From an uncultured Eubacteriales bacterium (lineage in GTDB: Bacteria; Bacillota; Clostridia; Lachnospirales; Lachnospiraceae): a stretch of DNA of 64,000 bases. Shown piece by piece: positions 61,201-64,000 of the stretch. The number at the start of each line of letters is the position of its first letter. The stretch's first letter is position 1. Both the position numbers and the translations under genes were made by a program. Location of the stretch: positions 3,581-67,580 of the forward strand of contig URND01000002.1 in NCBI GenBank assembly GCA_900549105.1, given 5' to 3'. The notes under the pieces were generated by a model. The model ran no database searches, was not told the DNA's origin, and worked only from the letters and a program-made list of their open reading frames with translations.

Positions 61201-62070
61201 ATGACTTTAACACAGCTCAGATATTTCAGAGAGATTGTGCGTCTTGGCGGGTTTACAAAGGCGGCCAACAAGCTATTCATCAGTCAGTCGACGTTGAGTA
61301 AATCCATACGGGCGCTGGAAGATGAGTATAAGGTCATATTAATTAACCGGGGAGCAAAGAATTTTGAGGTAACAAAAGAAGGTATGATTCTGTATGATTA
61401 TGCCGAAAGAATATGCAGCTTTTACGATCAGCAGGTGCAGGAACTGGCGGATCAGTTAAGCCGTTCCAATAATGTGATTCGGTTGGGGGTACCGCCGACA
61501 GCAGGAGCTATTTACTGTAATTCAATCATACACAGATTTCAGAAGACATATCCCGAAATACTTTTGGAAATACAGCAGATTACGTCGAAGGATATTGTTG
61601 ACAAAGTGTCGGAAGGCAAGCTGGATGCCGGTTTTATCATTGAGCCCTTTGAAGACGGCCGCTTTGAAAAAAAGAAAGTGCTGGAGACAGAGGCTGTTTT
61701 GGTGGTGCCCAAAAAGCATCGTCTGGCCAGGCGCCGGAACGTATCCTTTGAGGAGATACGTCATGAACGGATGCTGATGGTCAGCCCGGAATATATGTAC
61801 TACGATTTGGTGAAGGAGAAATGTCTGGCGGCCGGTTTTATGCCGCAGTTTGCATTTGAGAGTTATCAGTGGGAGTTTATATTTGAAATGGTAGCCAATG
61901 AGCAGGGGGTGACAATATTCCCAAAGCCGCTGGTCGATAAATTTAATAACGCCAGAGTGAATTGGATTCATCTGGAAAATCCCGAATTTGACTGGACACT
62001 GTCGGTTATCCGTCAAAAGGATAAAGTAGTTACAACGCCAATGAAATGTTTTTGGAATATATTTGATTGA
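61201..62070 (+). CDS. LysR-family transcriptional regulator
   Basis: The HTH is 'MTLTQLRYFREIVRLGGFTKAANKLFISQSTLSKSIRALE' and the C-terminus is an LysR substrate-binding domain. Confidence 0.85.
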   Translation: MTLTQLRYFREIVRLGGFTKAANKLFISQSTLSKSIRALEDEYKVILINRGAKNFEVTKEGMILYDYAERICSFYDQQVQELADQLSRSNNVIRLGVPPTAGAIYCNSIIHRFQKTYPEILLEIQQITSKDIVDKVSEGKLDAGFIIEPFEDGRFEKKKVLETEAVLVVPKKHRLARRRNVSFEEIRHERMLMVSPEYMYYDLVKEKCLAAGFMPQFAFESYQWEFIFEMVANEQGVTIFPKPLVDKFNNARVNWIHLENPEFDWTLSVIRQKDKVVTTPMKCFWNIFD

Positions 62071-62088
62071 ATAAAGAAAAGGTCAGAG

Positions 62089-62120
62089 CTGTTCTGCAGG
62101 ATTGCAGGACAGTTTTTCTT
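62089..62120 (+). terminator. rho-independent terminator after the LysR gene
   Basis: The stem CTGTTCTGC / GCAGGACAG (one G-U pair) has an AGGATT loop and is followed by TTTTTCTTT. Confidence 0.6.
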
Positions 62121-62291
62121 TATGAATGGAATTCATGAATCATGTTTTTTTTAACTGGGAGTTTTTGTCATGGGTCAATGAATTAAATCAATTTTTCAAT
62201 GGTGTCGGATATTGTTATAATTTAATCACAAGCTAAATTCCGGCCGGAAGAAACAAATAAAAAATAAGCGTAAAATTAAGGAGGACATAAA

Positions 62292-63194
62292 ATGAGCTTT
62301 GCTGATTTTGATATTCAGTCTTTTCAGGCAGAAGACGGTGCGGTCATTCGATATGTGGATATGGGCAAGGGCAAACCGATGATGTACATGATGGGGTTTG
62401 GAAGCAGTATTGAATCTCAGGCGTTGTTTATTGAGGCGATGCAGGAATCGGGGCGTATTATTGCTTTTGACCAGAGGGCTTTCGGTTTGACACCGGCGGC
62501 CGGAGAGATGGGGATTCATCAGTCAGCCCGTGACGCAAGGGCGTTGATGAAGCATCTGGGGCTTGAGGATATAACCCTGTTCGGTTATTCAATGGGAGCT
62601 GCGGAAATATTTTCTTATGTTCGTCAATTTGGAACCGAAGGGCTGGCGAAAGTGATTATTGGCGATATGTCTCCAAAGCTGATCAATGAGGGCGATTGGA
62701 AATACGGCTTATATCAGGGATGGTATACACGGGAAATGTTTGAAAATGATCTGCGCTTAATGAAAACGGATTATAAGCGATTTGCATTGATCGTGGCAGA
62801 GGGTCTGCTGTTTCAGAAAAATCCGGAGGATGTTCGTGATTTCTCGGGGACGGCGGATGAGATTCGGGCGCGGATTCTCGGGCAGAGAAACGATCTGATT
62901 GCCCAGGTGTTGATTCAGGGAATGGTGGATGTCAGTGAAGAGCATGCTGCGGCGAATTATCATTACTGGTCAACTATGGCCAGAGAGGATTTCAGAGATG
63001 TTTTGCCGTTGATTGATGTTCCGGCGCTGATTATGTATGCTGATCCGGGGTCGGGCTATAGTCCGGCAACCGCTGAATATATGCAGTCCCGGATTCCAAA
63101 TGCGGCGCTGATGCCGATGTATGATTGTACGCATATGGCGGCGGCTGAGAGTCCGAAGCAGTGGCGGGGCTGTATTAAAAAATTTGCTTATTGA
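62292..63194 (+). CDS. alpha/beta-hydrolase-fold protein
   Basis: The nucleophile elbow is 'LFGYSMGAA' (GxSxG) and a C-terminal His lies in 'YDCTHMAA'. Confidence 0.7.
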   Translation: MSFADFDIQSFQAEDGAVIRYVDMGKGKPMMYMMGFGSSIESQALFIEAMQESGRIIAFDQRAFGLTPAAGEMGIHQSARDARALMKHLGLEDITLFGYSMGAAEIFSYVRQFGTEGLAKVIIGDMSPKLINEGDWKYGLYQGWYTREMFENDLRLMKTDYKRFALIVAEGLLFQKNPEDVRDFSGTADEIRARILGQRNDLIAQVLIQGMVDVSEEHAAANYHYWSTMAREDFRDVLPLIDVPALIMYADPGSGYSPATAEYMQSRIPNAALMPMYDCTHMAAAESPKQWRGCIKKFAY

Positions 63195-63228
63195 TAAAAT
63201 GATTTGATTGAAGGGATGGGTGAGTGAA

Positions 63229-64000
63229 ATGGAAGCTATTGGTGTTATTGGTATGATTGTGGCCATTGCGGCCCTTGTTTATTTGACATTTAAAGGTATG
63301 AACGGTTTTGTTGCGTCCTTAATTGCAACAGTTATTCTTATTGTAACAAGTGGATTGCCGTTTTGGGATACGCTTGTGAATACTTATGCGGCATCACTGG
63401 GAAGTGTTTTTGCATCTTATTTGTTTATGTTCTGTGTGGCTTCTGCCTACAGCGAATTGATGAAACAAAGTGGTGCGGCGGAGTCGATTGCCAATTTCCT
63501 GTTTGGCATTTTTGGGGTTAAAGCCTCCTGTGCGGCGACGTTGATTATTTCCTTTTTGCTGGCATATAGTGGAATCAACGCATTTATTATTATTTTTGCG
63601 ATATATCCGGTTGCGGTACCTGTATTCCGCAAGGCGAATATTTCCAAGAATCTTATGCCGGCAATTTTCCTGTATGGTTCGGTTGTTTTAAATGTTGTAA
63701 CTCCAGGCTCCCCTTCCATGTTGTGTATTGCGCTGTCTGAAAAACTTGGCACGAGTACATTCAGCGCACCGGTCATGGCCGGGATTATCCTTGTTTTGGC
63801 TTTTGCGATTGGTATCGGTTATTTTACGTGGTCAGCAAAATCATTGAGAGCAAAGGGAGATGCTTTTACAGCCTCCGAGAGTGATGCAGCGCTGATTGCC
63901 GGAAGTACCTCCGGTAAAGAGCTGCCGCCGTTCGGACTGGCAATTCTTCCGTATGTTGCAATTATTGTTTTAAAATTGGTATTGGCAAATAGTATGAGCG
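63229..64000 (+). CDS. polytopic membrane permease (GntP/ion-transporter superfamily-like), 3'-truncated by the window edge
   Basis: The ATG at 63229 opens a frame that runs to the window end with hydrophobic helices 'IGVIGMIVAIAALVYL'. It is absent from the ORF track because there is no stop codon. Confidence 0.5.
   Translation, partial: MEAIGVIGMIVAIAALVYLTFKGMNGFVASLIATVILIVTSGLPFWDTLVNTYAASLGSVFASYLFMFCVASAYSELMKQSGAAESIANFLFGIFGVKASCAATLIISFLLAYSGINAFIIIFAIYPVAVPVFRKANISKNLMPAIFLYGSVVLNVVTPGSPSMLCIALSEKLGTSTFSAPVMAGIILVLAFAIGIGYFTWSAKSLRAKGDAFTASESDAALIAGSTSGKELPPFGLAILPYVAIIVLKLVLANSMS

Overview
This ~64 kb window appears to come from an endospore-forming Firmicute (class Clostridia), with GC of roughly 45-50% and several AT-rich patches. 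It is densely coding, mostly on the + strand after ~16 kb. Conserved housekeeping genes include spo0A, glgA, a GH5 endoglucanase lipoprotein, a five-gene Opp/Dpp-type peptide ABC transporter, a 1458-aa double-activase/dehydratase-like fusion protein, a two-gene 2-oxoacid:ferredoxin oxidoreductase (gamma-delta and alpha-beta fusions), rubrerythrin, an RlmD/RumA-type rRNA methyltransferase, a Zn-dependent alcohol dehydrogenase, TspO, an MsbA-like ABC exporter and several regulators (AraC, TetR, GntR, MerR, LysR). Between these sit accessory patches:
- 3.4-8.1 kb: a decayed defence-like island with a DpnI/Dam-replacing-type pseudogene, a frameshifted DUF2075 GIY-YIG/SF1-ATPase gene, a MazG-like gene and a SAM methyltransferase interrupted by two amber codons.
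- 8.1-13.7 kb: a WYL-WYL-RtcB RNA-repair module whose RlaP-type nucleotidyltransferase is cut short where a yolD/Y-family-polymerase pair abuts it.
- 37.2-40.4 kb: an AT-rich two-gene island encoding a 228-aa protein of unknown function plus a GHKL ATPase fused to a PD-(D/E)xK-like nuclease domain. I consider this the best candidate for an undescribed defence system.
- 41.4-47.6 kb: a cluster with a CAT-family acetyltransferase, a truncated methyltransferase, a GNAT plus alpha/beta-hydrolase fusion, a DUF2935-like protein and a small operon of a sigma-like protein and a 493-aa protein. The interval is bracketed by a 66-bp GC-rich direct repeat.
- 49.2-53.9 kb: a 1122-aa UvrD-like helicase with an inserted nuclease-like domain, zinc ribbons and an RQC-like winged helix, followed by a small unknown protein and a YjbR/MmcQ plus EVE-like fusion.
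I found no rRNA, tRNA, CRISPR array, integrase or transposase. All assignments are from motif recognition by eye and no searches were run.
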